63,839 bases of DNA, filler included, from Pirum gemmata (GCA_002812295.1; 13 parts of 13 records of this genome joined end to end with filler, not necessarily neighbours in it), one strand, 5' to 3'. Shown: positions 14,409 to 27,148, numbered from the whole stretch's first letter. Notes: generated from the sequence alone by a model not told the origin. Numbers and translations: made by a program.

Positions 14409-17279
14409 CTAAAACAAACCAAAAAAAAAACAACAGTTAAGGTAAGGGTAAGGGTAAGGGTTAGGGTTAGGGTAAGGGTAAGCGTTAAGGTTAGGGTTAA
14501 GGTTAGGGTTAGGGTTANNNNNNNNNNNNNNNNNNNNNNNNNNNNNNNNNNNNNNNNNNNNTTAATTAATTAANNNNNNNNNNNNNNNNNNNNNNNNNNN
14601 NNNNNNNNNNNNNNNNNAGGTCTAGCTAGCTAGAATGTCTAGCTAGCTACAGTCTACACTACAGTAGCTATCAATATTGTAACTAGCTAGTAGCTAGAGC
14701 TAGCTAGTAGCTATCATACTAGCTAGCTAGTCTCTATCGGTCAGACGGGCTCATATGAGCCCATTTTTCACTATTGCTCATTGCTTAGCTCATTGCTTGA
14801 GCTCATTGCTCTCTACTACAGTACTACTAGACTAGCTCTAGCTAGCTAGCTAGCTAGCTGGTAAGTTTTTATGACTATCTGATATCATAGTTTATGCTAT
14901 CATATCGATACTACTATCTGATAAAAGCTATTGGTATCTATGCTTTCGTAGAGTTTTTGGTAGGTATTATAGTGTGTAGTCTATATCGATATTATTCTGG
15001 AATCTCAGATAGTCTCTTAGTTAGAGTTCTCTTTTCAGATAGTATCATACTATCTGGATACTAGCTATCGTCTATTTCATTACAGTTGTCCCCTCACTCT
15101 TTAATTTGGTACTGTTTAAGTGTATAATTGAACTTGTTTACAAAATAAAATATTATGTATAAGATACCAAATTAATTAAAACATGTCTGATAGTTTAGCC
15201 ATAATAATAATTTGGTATGTTTATTTCAGTTTTTGAACTGGGCGACACTATTGAAAAACTATTGAAAAACACAATAGCTAGAGGAGGGGTGAGAACTCTT
15301 ATGGCGAACTTTTTTGACCGAGGCACAAAGTAAATGTTGTTCGCCTGTTTCTCCTTACCATATTTAGTATTTGTAATTATTTATTTAGTAGCTACTTATT
15401 TAAGTAGTTACTTTAAAAAGAGTTTATTATATTATTTATAGTAACTTTAGGCAAATTTCTGGAAGTTCGCCGGTCCGAGCATCCAATTGGCAAGATGACG
15501 TCATCTCATCCCTCCTATGATAACTGTATGATAGTAAAATAAGTATATATTTTTTTAATAGATTTGAAATTTTGAAACATTATGATAAAAAAAAAAAAGT
15601 AGGAAAAAAGTAGGACTTTAATTAGAAAAAAAGTAGGACGTTTTTAAAAAGGTTTGATACATTATACAGTACATACCAGCCATCTGATAGACCAGTTGCG
15701 AGAAGTGTTGCGAGCTACTATCAATAGCTAGCGAGCACTAGCTCGTAGTAGAGGCAAGAGCTAGTAGTAGCTATCAAATATTATGATAGTATCAATAGCT
15801 ACTAGCTAGCTAGCTAGAAGAGCAGACAAGCTAGCTGGGTGCTTTTCATTTATTTTGTCACTCTGAATATTAATTTGGTTTGTTATAATATTTAAGTTGA
15901 CATTTTTAAATAAATAAATAGATGGTATAATATACCAAATTAAATGAAATGGATTTATATAGTATTAATTTGGTATTTTTTATTGTATATTTTATGATGA
16001 CAAAAACAACTGAAAGGCACGATATTTTTAACTCTACTGATAGTCTACTGATAGTCTACTCTAACTTTTCGATCTAACATCCTCCCTCGATAGCTACTAT
16101 GATACTCTAGCTAGTAGCTAGCTAGCTAGGCCCCCTTCTACGTATTATTATGAAAAATACAACAAACCTCTATAACAAAAAAAACCAAATGACAATCAAA
16201 TCATTTAATAAAGTATTAAGAACCTATACCAAAGTATTATGAAACAAATCAACAAATTACAACTTTAATTTATAATTAACTATATAACTGTAACCTGCTG
16301 CACCTCCTTTTTCATAAGGAAAACAGAAACTTTTTTTTTTATCATATTATCATAGTGTATGTAAAAAACAAAAACTCCACATAAATTTTACTCGAAAGTC
16401 GGCCCAAACAACCATAATAATCATTACCGGTAGACTAATTATAATTATAATTACAATTTCTTCTTTGAAGTCTTATTAATATTCAACTGGAACTGGTGAG
16501 GGTCACAAACACACCCCTGCCACTAAAAACTTAAAACCTATCATTCTCTAAAACTTCAACAATTCCTTTCCAACTCTTATATGGAATCAAAATAATATTA
16601 TCGAACCGAATCACCAACTGTAATAAAACCTTACATTAAATCTAACCCTCATGCCCTTATCAATCTTTTGTTGTTCACTCTAATAAAATTACTAATAATT
16701 ATTTCTAAATCACAATTCACCTTTATCCTTATCAAAACTAACACAACCGTTAATTAAAATTAGAATTATCACTAACTACTCTGCATTTAAACCTCTGTTT
16801 TTAATTAATAAAAAGCATATAAAATGGTACCGGTGTATACCCTAAATCGTTGTGTAGCTCACAATTAATCACATGGATATAATTATCAACAATTACATCC
16901 CATTCTAAACCTGTTTCGATGTACTTTTTTCTTTTAAAACATCCTTAATCTTCCGTATTAATACTAGCCCATTGCTTTCATGGTGATCATGATTCTCTTT
17001 TAATTTTAAATGAATAGGCAACGTTTTAATTAACAACTACATTTTGCGACAAACAATACTCAAACAATACATAATCAGGATTAAATTCCAGAACAAAAAA
17101 ATAAAGATCACTTCGCTAAAGTATAAATTACAAGAGAAGGAACCAATTGCAACACTATAGCTATATAGCTATTGTACATTGGTTAGTTAACTAAACTCTT
17201 CTAACAGCTCTTCTAACCCAAATTTTTAAAGAACTCGCAAAGAACTATTTCAATTTAAATAAGTAAAATTTAAATTTAA

Positions 17280-17560
17280 ATATTTGATCTTGTATTTTGT
17301 ATTCGCTATTCTATTTTCCGGTTGTATTACTGACTACAGTAACTTTATTACACCAATTACAAGTAGTTCTTATAATAAAATTAATTGACTCCTAGGCCTG
17401 AGTATTTATTTGTAGATATAGAGGTATTTAGGAGTAACGTTAACGTATCTGATATATTATTGTAAATTTGTAATATAAAAGGCGTTAGCCATTGAGTATA
17501 GAGTTTATATAAGGGGAGAAGCTTTTGATTTTCTTGTCATTTCTATCCTGCTTTTTACCT
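17280..17560 (-). pseudogene. Second, more decayed copy of the same LINE family (post-RT region)
   Basis: Minus-strand atagaaatgacaagaaaatcaaaagcttctccccttat...tactcaatggctaacgcctttt aligns by eye with atagaaacaaccaaaaagtcgaaagctctacccttatt...tattccatggccaacaccttt at about 2770-2875. Confidence 0.55.
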
Positions 17561-20500
17561 TTTGGGGGGGTTGGGGTGAGTATCGGAGTTTTCTATAATG
17601 CTGTAGTTAGTAACGGTAGTATACATATACGTATACATTAATATTGTGCATATATTATAGAAGAGTATATAGAAGTATGACAGAGTAAAAGAGTATGTTT
17701 GCTTTATTAATAAAATTAAAGTATCATATATTATATAGATTATATCTTTAATTAAATATAGGGTTTCTTGGTATTTTATAAAATTTAATGTAATGACACG
17801 TGCACGCTTTTAAAATTACAATAACCCTCAAGAGTCCTCAAGAACTTCAAAATTGAAGCCTTTGGATTCAAGAAAAGTTTGGATTCTTCGGTTTATATTA
17901 TGTAGATAAATAAATAATATTAATACTTTTAATAATAATAAATAATTATAATAATATAACAAATTAACTTGATTTATTGCGAATCTGCAGCTGCGATCTT
18001 TATGTTTGGTGTTGATTAATATTAGTAGAGTGTTTTACAACCAACGACCCCCCTTTTCCTGATAGCTAGCTAGCCTTTTCCTGGGGTCTTTGTTGTATGA
18101 TAATAGCTCTATCGATAGTAGTAGTAGACTGTGTAGTAGTCTAGTATTTTTTAAACATTTTATAGGTCTACTCAGGGTAGTCAGACGTATGATATAGACT
18201 AGTCTAGTCCTCTAGACCCTAGCTAGCTAGCTAGCTAGTACTCCAGACTATCATAGTCTACATCAGCTATCTTCCTGGCTAGCTAGCTACTACTAGTAGC
18301 TACGTCAGTACTGTTACGTCTATCTTCCAAGTTTTCGAACTCGAGTAGACTTTTATTATTTTTTTTAAAGAATCAGTCAAACCGGATAAAACTGTAGAAC
18401 CATTTTTTTTAGACTTCTTTGTTGAAAACCTTTAATTATAACTAGCCACTTTATTTTTGAAAAATGGCCATTGGCTCATAATAGAGTTTTATTAGTTAGA
18501 CGATTCCTCAAAATTTGATAGTACTTTCATTAAAATTGGGTCATTTTGAGATTTTTTGGATTTTGAGCTCAGATGTCACCATTTTTATCCGGCTTGGTAT
18601 CGTGTCATAAAAAAACAAAAAAAAACTGTTCTTTATTGAAGAAGATCCGGTTTCTCTTTTGTAATGGTTGAATGTTCGGATCGAAGGGCCCACGCAATAC
18701 GACTTGGTGACGTTGTCACCTACCTACATACCTACTATCATAAGGGAGCAAATAATACGTCACGTCAAGGGGTAGGTAGGTAGGTGATACTTGACCGGAA
18801 ATTAAAGTCAAGGGATAGGTAGGTAGGGGGTGTTCGAGGCTGTATTTGACTGGAAATTGGCGTTACGTAGTATTTGAACGCTCCTAGCTAGCTAGAGTGG
18901 ATAATTGATAGCTAGCTAGCTAGCTACCAGCTAGCTACTACTAGCTACCTAGCTAGAGTGAACTCAGTGAAAAAAAAAAAAAAAAAAAACTTTAGACTCT
19001 AGGCTTGGATTTTATTTCGAGCCTTGATTGTAAACAAAAAAAAAGAGGAAAAAAAGGCTCTCTTTACACTTCTATAGCAGATCTAGCAGAACTTCTCATA
19101 ATAAAAGTCTTTCTTTTGGGAATTGCATGGCAAAAAAAAAAGTAGTGATCGATTTTTAATTATCTTTCGGGTTTTTAGTTATTTTTTCTTTTCTTTTTTC
19201 AGGAATTCACGCGGGAGCTAGGCCGGAGCCCCGGAAAAATTATAAAAAAATCTTTTGATGTATGATACCGGGAGTAGGTAGGTAGTCTTGATTACCCTTG
19301 TTTGTTTTAGATCATATTCCTGCGGCTTTTTTATTTGTCCTTTTCTTTTCCTGCGGTTCTTTTTTTCATTTTTTTTTTTTTTTTTTTNNNNNNNNNNNNN
19401 NNNNNNNNNNNNNNNNNNNNNNNNNNNNNNNTTAATTAATTAANNNNNNNNNNNNNNNNNNNNNNNNNNNNNNNNNNNNNNNNNNNNTTTTTTTTGTTTT
19501 TGTTTTTTGTGTTTTTTTTGTTTTTGTTTTTGTTTGTTGTTTGTTTCTTTTGTTTCTTTGTTTCTTTGTTTTTGTTTTTGGTTTTTTTTTTGAATGTGTT
19601 TTGTTTTGAATCTGCTTTTTTGTTTTGAACTTGCTTTTGTTTGATTTTTTTGATTTGTAAAAAAAAAATTTTTTTTGAATTTTTTTTTTGTTATGAAACA
19701 GAGAAACCGGTTTATTTACGTATGTTTATAAAATACTTGCTTGCTTATTATCTCTTCCTTTTTTAAAATTATAATTATTTGTTTTTAATTATAAAGATGT
19801 TTTAATTGTAATATTCATTTTGTAATTATTTTCTTTTGAATGTAAATTGTTTTTAATTATTTGTTTTTTGAATTGTTTTATTTCATTCTTTTAGTGTTCC
19901 TACTTTAAGGAGAAGAAATTCAGCTACAATGCAGGAAACCGTGCTCGAAAGTCCTCCAGTTCAACTAAAATAAGCGATTTTCGATCATATAAACATATAA
20001 TACAAATTTGGTACTTGTGGTGCCTAAGTCAATTTGAACTAGCATGTACATATATATATATTATAAACCGGTATATAATAATATTATGTATTGGTTTTTT
20101 TTATTTGTTTGTTTGTTTTATTCATATGTATTTCTAAATAAAATTTATTTTATTTTTTATTTTTATTATTTATTTTTTTGAAGTTCTTTTACAACCATGT
20201 CTTAGACAACGCTTTCGTTTCTTCGTTGTTGATATATTGGATTACTGGGAGATATGGGAAAACATAATCGAATCAAGCAGCTCGATCCTAAGTATTAAAT
20301 AGTGATAATTTTGAAATGACCTTCTTTTTTTTTGAGTTTCAAGTTTTTTCTATGAAATTTCTAAGGATTTTCAAGAATTTTTTAATGAAATCAAAAGTGA
20401 GTCAATACTTAAAATTAGATCGAAAAGTTTCGAAAGTTTCGAACTAGTCCCGATTCGATGTTCCCCCCCCATCTCCCTGGTCTATTTCTAGCGTTCCCAC

Positions 20501-20741
20501 AAATAGGTTTTTTCTTTTCCATTAATACACTCTTACCTAAGCAACCATCTCACATATTCGCTACCAACATATTGTGCATTTCATTTATTTTGCCACTCTG
20601 AATATTTATTTGGTAGTTTATAACCTTTAAATTGACATTTTTTAAATGAATAAATAACTAATAAAATATACCGAATTAAATAAAATTAATTTATATTATA
20701 ATAATTTCGTACTTTTTATTGTATATTTTATGATACCAAAA

Positions 20742-20873
20742 GGGAGCGTTCAAATAATACGTCACGTCAAGGGGTAGTTAAGTAGGTGGTATTTGACGGG
20801 AAATTAACGTCGAGGGGTAGGTAGAAGCTGTATTCGACCGGAAATTGGCGTTACGCAGTATTCGAACGCACCC
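20742..20873. mobile_element. MITE family B (Harbinger/Tourist-like, ~135 bp), here nested inside a family A copy
   Basis: TIRs GGGAGCGTTCAAATA / TATTCGAACGCACCC with a 3-bp AAA duplication and an internal ggtag repeat. Other copies near 4845, 6000, 18744-18884; a variant near 35301. Confidence 0.85.
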
Positions 20874-21374
20874 AAACAAATGAAAAGCACCACAAAAAAT
20901 AAACAAGTGTTGCCTCCTGTAGTAAGCAACCATCTCACATATTCGCTACTAACATAAAAAATGGGTTAGGGTTAGGGTTAGGGTTAGGGTTAGGTCGCCA
21001 CCAACATAAAAAATAAAATGGACGTCATTTATGCATTCGGTACATACTAAAATTAATAAACAATGACTTTCTGAATACATAAATGACGAAATGTTAAAAT
21101 GCTCCAATTTTAATGAAAGTAAGTACTATCAAAATTGCATCGTATAACTAAGAAAATTCTATTATGGCCCAATGGCCAGTTTTTAATAATAATTTGGCTA
21201 GTTAGCATTTTAAGGTTTTTAGAAAAGAAATCTAAAAAAAAAAGATTTCTGCAGTTTCATCCAGCAGTGTTGAAAATTAAAAAAAAATTCAAAAAATTCA
21301 AAAATTCAAAATTCAAAAATTAGAAAGAGGAACAGGAAAATGTCACATAATTCGGTAGATGAATTTTATTGCAA

Positions 21375-21585
21375 TTAATGTTTTGTATTGTGTTATATTG
21401 TATTGTATTGTATTGTATTGTATTGTATTGTATTGTATTGTATTGTATTGTATTGTATTGTATTGTATTGTATTTCTTAATTAATATTTTTATTTAATTA
21501 TAATATACGTACAATACAATACAATACAATACAATACAATACAATACAATACAATACAATACAATACAATACAATACATTAAAAT
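21375..21585. repeat. (TATTG)n / (CAATA)n inverted microsatellite pair
   Basis: A (TATTG) array followed about 40 nt later by its reverse complement. Confidence 0.9.
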
Positions 21586-22173
21586 TACATAAGAGAAAAT
21601 CAAACCTATAGCCTTTATACCATTTTTTAAAGCGCAATAAGCGAAATCGAATTCAATAGACTAACAATCAGTTAACAAAAACTTCAATCTATACTAACAT
21701 GTTCAAAAAATCATTCAATTGATAAAAAATAAAAAAATTGAAATTACAAACAAAAAAATTAAAAAAAAAAAACTGTTTATTATTTATTAGTATTTATTTC
21801 GCTTACTTCGAATGTTTTTTTAAATTTTTTTTTTTTAGTGTTACTTTCTACTTACACCCCTTGTTAATTGATGTATTATCTTTTTTATCGCTAGGAGATG
21901 CGGGAAAAACATCGAATCGAGACTAATTCGAAACTTTCGAAAAATTTCGATCTAATTTTAAGTATTGACTCGCTTTTGATTTCATTAAAAAGTTCTTAAA
22001 AATTCTTAGAAATTTTATTGAAAAAATTTGAAACTCGAAAAAAAAAGAATATAATTTCAAAATTGTCACTATTTAATAATTAGGATCGAGCTGTTTGATT
22101 CGATTATGTTTTCCCTATCTCCCTATTCATTTTTCCATCCTCGTTTACTCGTATAAAATACGATCCATGTTTG

Positions 22174-22398
22174 GTAGGGAGATGCGGGAAAAACCATCGA
22201 ATCGAGACTAGTTCGAAACTTTCGAAATTTTTCGATCTAATTTTAAGTATTGACTCACTTTTGATTTCATTAAAAATTCTTAGAAATTTCATTGGAAAAA
22301 TTTGAAACTCGAAAAAAAAGATTATCATTTCAAAATTGTCACTATTTAATAGTTAGAATCGAGCTATTAGATTCGATTATGTGTTCCCGTATCTCCTA
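22174..22398. mobile_element. MITE family E (~225 bp), locally clustered
   Basis: TIR TAGG(G)AGATGCGGGAAAA / TTCCCGTATCTCCTA. Copies near 20247-20480 (reversed), 21892-22125 and 23658-23872; a decayed copy near 53350. Confidence 0.9.
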
Positions 22399-22608
22399 GT
22401 CTACGTTTATAGTGTGTACCCGTAATATTAAAAAGTTATGCGAGTTTGACCCTAACCCTAACCCTAACCCTAACCCTAACCCTAACCCTAACCCTAACCC
22501 TAACCCTAACTTGAATCATATCGAAATACCTATATGATCTCTACATTGGTTGTATACTAAATATACAACTTTGTCGCATATTTATTTAAACATATACAAC
22601 TGCTACTG

Positions 22609-22697
<89 letters not shown>

Positions 22698-22896
22698 NTA
22701 ATAGTTAGAATCGAGCTATTAGATTCGATTATGTGTTCCCGTATCTCCTAGTCTACGTTTATAGTGTGTACCCGTAATATTAAAAAGTTATGCGAGTTTG
22801 ACCCTAACCCTAACCCTAACCCTAACCCTAACCCTAACCCTAACCCTAACCCTAACCCTAACTTGAATCATATCGAAATACCTATATGATCTCTAC

Positions 22897-22960
22897 ATTG
22901 GTTGTATACTAAATATACAACTTTGTCGCATATTTATTTAAACATATACAACTGCTACTG

Positions 22961-23023
<63 letters not shown>

Positions 23024-23071
23024 ACAACTACTACTACTACTATTACCACCACCACTACTACTACTACTACC

Positions 23072-23120
<49 letters not shown>

Positions 23121-23230
23121 TTATTATTATGCCCTTATAAACGACTACTATTACGACTACTACTACTGCTACTAATACCACTACTATGTTAAAACATATA
23201 ACAAAGTTGTATATTTAGTATACAACCAAT
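22897..23230. mobile_element. MITE with perfect 30-bp TIRs enclosing a (CTA)n microsatellite
   Basis: attggttgtatactaaatatacaactttgt at 22897-22926 and its exact reverse complement at 23201-23230. Confidence 0.8.
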
Positions 23231-24518
23231 ATAACCCAACGTCAGCGATGACGGTCATTCGTGGTCTTTTTTTCTGGCGGATGCTCTTTTAACAGTACTT
23301 ATCGTGCTTTTCAGTTGTTTTGTCATCATAAAATATACAATGTCAACTTAAATATTATAACCAACCAAATAAATATTCAGAGTGACAAAATAAACGAAAA
23401 GCACTATAACAAAAAACATAAAATAATTCGACTCGAAGCTAAAAGCTATTTTCAAATTTTCAAAAATGATGATATCAACCTCTGAGAGATGCGGGAAAAG
23501 GAAAACCCCTATTGGCTCTTTCCCCCCCTTTTTTTTTTCTTATTTTCAAAATCAATTTTTATTGGTTAAAAACAAGATAGGATCTTGTTTGAAAAAAATT
23601 CTTTATTTTGATTAACTGCGAAAATATGCGCAATTTTTGAAACAAAAGTTTTTTTAGTAAGGAGATGAGGGAAAAACCATCGAATCGAGACTAGTTCGAA
23701 ACTTTCGAAATTTTTCGATCTAATTTTTTAAGTGTTGACTCACTATTGATTTCATTAAAAAATTCTTGGAAATTTCATAGAAAAAACTTGAACAGAATAC
23801 CGTTTCAAAATTGTCAATATATAATATTTAGGATTGAGCTGTTTGATTCGATTTGTTTTCCCGTATCTCCTAGTCTGCGCATTTTTAAACAGTAAAAAAA
23901 ACCTTAGAAGTCTGCGCACTTTTAAATTAAAAACCTTCGTAGATATAAAACTAATTTTTTATAAAATTTTCGAGCATTTTAGCTTTTTCGAGCTAAATTT
24001 TTTTCGCGCTTTTTTTTTAAATATAACACGTGTAAGAATAGATATTACAGTGTAGATTGATTCGAAAAAAAAACAAAAAACCTTTTTTCGCACTTTTTTT
24101 AAGAATATATATATATACTATAGTGTAAATCGATTCGAAAAAAAAAAAAGTCTAATTAATAGTATGACAAAAACTATTTGTAATCATAATTTATCGAGAT
24201 CATTATCGATCGAATTTTCGAGCTAATAATCTTAACATAACTAGCAGTTACAGCTACTAGGTTGATTTGTTTCAGTTTTTTAATTTTGGGTTTGTATTTT
24301 TACTTAAAATTTATTATTATTATTATTATNNNNNNNNNNNNNNNNNNNNNNNNNNNNNNNNNNNNNNNNNNNNTTAATTAATTAANNNNNNNNNNNNNNN
24401 NNNNNNNNNNNNNNNNNNNNNNNNNNNNNTAATAATAATAATAATAATAATAATATTTATTAATAATAATAACTAAAGGGAAGGTTACTATGAATCTCAA
24501 AATCAAAAAGATGATATA

Positions 24519-26078
24519 ATGTCATGGAAAGACAGAATGCTCTATAGAAACTTGCTATCTAGAAGGGCTAGAGATAATGTTAAAACTGCTAAAGTACCTG
24601 TCCCTGTATTTAATAATCATAATAGAACTACAGCTGAAGTCCCAGAGACTAGAATAGTCTATTCTGTACCCGAAGATTCTTTACCTACCCTTGGCAAGTA
24701 TCAAACTCCAAGGAACAATAGAGTTATAAAAACTATTGTAAAAAATAAGAAATATGCTCAAAACAAAAACTTAGAAGAAGCTATGAAAATCGAGCCTAAG
24801 GCTGGTGTTATAGTAGACCCCGACTACCCTAGTCTAGACCAACTCTACCCTGGGAAAAGAGGGGCACAGAGAAGGTCAATAGTAAGGGTTATGTATAAGG
24901 CGTTAACAGGTGCCAAGGAGCCTTTGGGCTTGAACCTTAACCACTTTGCTAGCTTACTACCAACTTTGGCTATGAACAAAGCAAGACCTAGTCAGGCTGA
25001 TAATGATGCCATGGCTAGCGAAAAAGAGGCCCTGGAAAAGAGGTTGGAATGGTTTCTTCATGAGAAAGGGAAGACTAACTCGAATCCAAAACATTATTCT
25101 AACCAATTAGAAGGCTTCATAACAAACAGCCAGAAGTATGTTGAAGACAAAATCAAACAAAAACGATCACAGTTAAAAATCGAAAAAGTTTTATTTACTA
25201 TTTTTAAACATGCTTCGAGTCAAGCACAAAGTACAATCAACGAAAATCAAGCCGGTGCTAATAGGTTTATATATGAAGCTCAAAACTCGAATATGAAAAT
25301 TAGTCTGGATAATATTGATTTCGAGCACAGTTTCAAACCGGCTCAATACAAAAAATTCAAAGATAACTGGATTCCATTGGATAAAATAAATGAAAAGTAT
25401 GAAAGTAAAGTACAAGACTTGAAAAAATTACCTAATAAAGAGGTTTTTGCACTCCTACTGCTAGGCATTTATCTAGCTGCAGCCAATCAGAAGCAATTAG
25501 AGGCTGACAGCGGTAAAGATTTTCAAGGTGTTATTGGTTCAGCTCTTCGAGAAGAACCCGAGCACATCCAATGGGTGAGGCAAGTTTCACATAGCAAAAA
25601 GGAAGTGAACCAAATAAGTTATAACGAAATCCTTATAGAGAATAGAAAAACTCCTGGTTATAACCCATATTTCCATTTTAAGACAAATGATAACCTTAAA
25701 AGGATATTGAGTTTTTTGGACCCAGCAAAAAAATCAAGTGATTCTAGATCAACAAAAAGGGTAACTAGAGCTCAAAATCAATCAGAAGAAGGTCAAGATG
25801 ATACAGAAACAGTTCAAGATAAAGATAAAAAAAAATATAGTCTTCCGGGTTATAATCAAAATTTTTTTGAAAAAAAAATGACGTTAAAACAAGCTTTTAA
25901 AATTTTATTTAACAAATCTGATTTGGGATGGCAAACCTTTAGAAAAATTGTTATTAATAATCAATATTTTAAAACACCACGCTCATTCGCTCAAATTGAT
26001 AATTATTCGAGAATTCATAATGGGCATGAAGGTAGTGTTGAGATTAAAAATTATATTGTACCAGGAATGGTCAATTAA
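24519..26078 (+). CDS. Tyrosine recombinase/integrase, 519 aa, resembling the OLV11-like YRs of PLVs and virophages
   Basis: Catalytic set in canonical order: R344 (GSALRE), K377 (ENRKT), Q-x-x-R475 (WQTFRK, the HxxR position), H503 (NGH), Y512. Also NWIPLDKI, LLLLGIY and LKQAFKILFNK. The frame is open from 24477 behind a possible acceptor (taaag), so an upstream exon is possible. Confidence 0.8.
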   Translation: MSWKDRMLYRNLLSRRARDNVKTAKVPVPVFNNHNRTTAEVPETRIVYSVPEDSLPTLGKYQTPRNNRVIKTIVKNKKYAQNKNLEEAMKIEPKAGVIVDPDYPSLDQLYPGKRGAQRRSIVRVMYKALTGAKEPLGLNLNHFASLLPTLAMNKARPSQADNDAMASEKEALEKRLEWFLHEKGKTNSNPKHYSNQLEGFITNSQKYVEDKIKQKRSQLKIEKVLFTIFKHASSQAQSTINENQAGANRFIYEAQNSNMKISLDNIDFEHSFKPAQYKKFKDNWIPLDKINEKYESKVQDLKKLPNKEVFALLLLGIYLAAANQKQLEADSGKDFQGVIGSALREEPEHIQWVRQVSHSKKEVNQISYNEILIENRKTPGYNPYFHFKTNDNLKRILSFLDPAKKSSDSRSTKRVTRAQNQSEEGQDDTETVQDKDKKKYSLPGYNQNFFEKKMTLKQAFKILFNKSDLGWQTFRKIVINNQYFKTPRSFAQIDNYSRIHNGHEGSVEIKNYIVPGMVN

Positions 26079-26102
26079 AAGTTAAATTTTTTTATTATTA
26101 TT

Positions 26103-26396
26103 TTAAATATCTAGCTGTTCAAAATAAGACTCTAACATAGCAGTATTATTAATATTTTCGTATTTTTCACACAGTTCCAAACAGGTGAACAAATAGTCCC
26201 TAAACTCAACAATTAAACTATGATTCAAATTAAAGGCCCTTACCATATGTTTATAGGTACTATAAGTACCATCAGCTTTATTGGTAGCATACCAGCAGTT
26301 GATAGCTAATTTTCTTAAGTGACATTCTATTTCTACCCGATCTGGGATATCCAAATACTTTTTTAATTTATACCAAGTGTTACCACTAACATTGAA
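26103..26396 (-). CDS. Hypothetical protein (~97-99 aa), convergent with the YR; true start uncertain
   Basis: The frame is open from 26396 (FNVSGNTWYKLKKYLDIPDRVEIECHLRK...) directly after a (TTAGGG) tract ending in TTAG. It stops 24 nt from the YR stop. Composition is normal and complex. Confidence 0.6.
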   Translation of the reverse strand, partial: FNVSGNTWYKLKKYLDIPDRVEIECHLRKLAINCWYATNKADGTYSTYKHMVRAFNLNHSLIVEFRDYLFTCLELCEKYENINNTAMLESYFEQLDI

Positions 26397-26445
26397 CTAA
26401 CCCTAACCCTAACCCTAACCCTAACCCTGCCTACCTAGAATAAAA

Positions 26446-26619
26446 ATGTCACTATTGAGAGATTACCAATTAAAAAATTTAAAGTGTAAACAATGTAAAA
26501 AACGACTTTTCTACCACCAATTAAAACCTTGTCATAGCTGTCTAAAACATCATTGTAATTATTGTTTAACACCCCATAATATGTGTATGTTATGTGCATT
26601 CTACTTAACTTTTAATTAA
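26446..26619 (+). CDS. 57-aa zinc-finger protein with four CxxC pairs (not in the ORF track)
   Basis: MSLLRDYQLKNLKCKQCKKRLFYHQLKPCHSCLKHHCNYCLTPHNMCMLCAFYLTFN*, starting in an aaaaATG context. Eight Cys in four CxxC pairs suggest two Zn sites. Confidence 0.72.
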   Translation: MSLLRDYQLKNLKCKQCKKRLFYHQLKPCHSCLKHHCNYCLTPHNMCMLCAFYLTFN

Positions 26620-26805
26620 GTAGAACAGACATGATTTATTTTGAGAATAAAAGAATAATAATAATAATAATAGCAGACCCAAGCAGACCAAAGCAGACCA
26701 CCACCCCCTTCTGTAGACCCCAGTGGAGCCAGTGAAGGCTAAGGGAAAGGGGAGAGGTATTAGTAGGTATTAGTATGAACAAACAAAGGGGTATGGGGCT
26801 TAGTA

Positions 26806-26836
<31 letters not shown>

Positions 26837-26892
26837 TTTAATGACAACAAAAATAATAATAATAATAATAATAAAATAATTATATGTTATTT

Positions 26893-27090
26893 TTAGAACC
26901 TCCTATCAACCACCCCTTTATAGTAACCTTCCCTATCATGGTATAGAGCAATGGCAATGTCTTTGTGGTATTTATGAACATAAGTACCTTGTCCAAAATT
27001 AGCATTATAGATATGTCTTAATCGGTCTCTCCCTGTTTTAGTGAGAGAGAGAGATTGTAAGTCTAATTGGTATTTTCGACCAAACAACAT
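26893..27090 (-). CDS. 65-aa hypothetical protein of the virus-like cassette
   Basis: ATG-started ORF with complex composition, bounded by (AAT)n tracts. Its upstream leader is duplicated at 26630-26730. Confidence 0.55.
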   Translation of the reverse strand: MLFGRKYQLDLQSLSLTKTGRDRLRHIYNANFGQGTYVHKYHKDIAIALYHDREGYYKGVVDRRF

Positions 27091-27110
27091 AATTTATTTT
27101 GAGAATAAAA

Positions 27111-27148
<38 letters not shown>

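Noticed and set aside
14435..14517. True telomere at the contig end
   Set aside because: The tract is degenerate and lies in the intron upstream of a terminal exon whose remaining exons must lie beyond it.
22347..23020. Exact ~350-bp tandem duplication (MITE end + telomeric tract + CTA repeat)
   Set aside because: The copies are separated by a single N at 22698, typical of an unmerged contig overlap.
22902..23192. Low-complexity ORFs (poly-L/Y/V/F; also 1085, 35859, 36955, 41763, 41875, 48872-49210, 49918, 59007)
   Set aside because: They are translations of microsatellites or antisense shadows.
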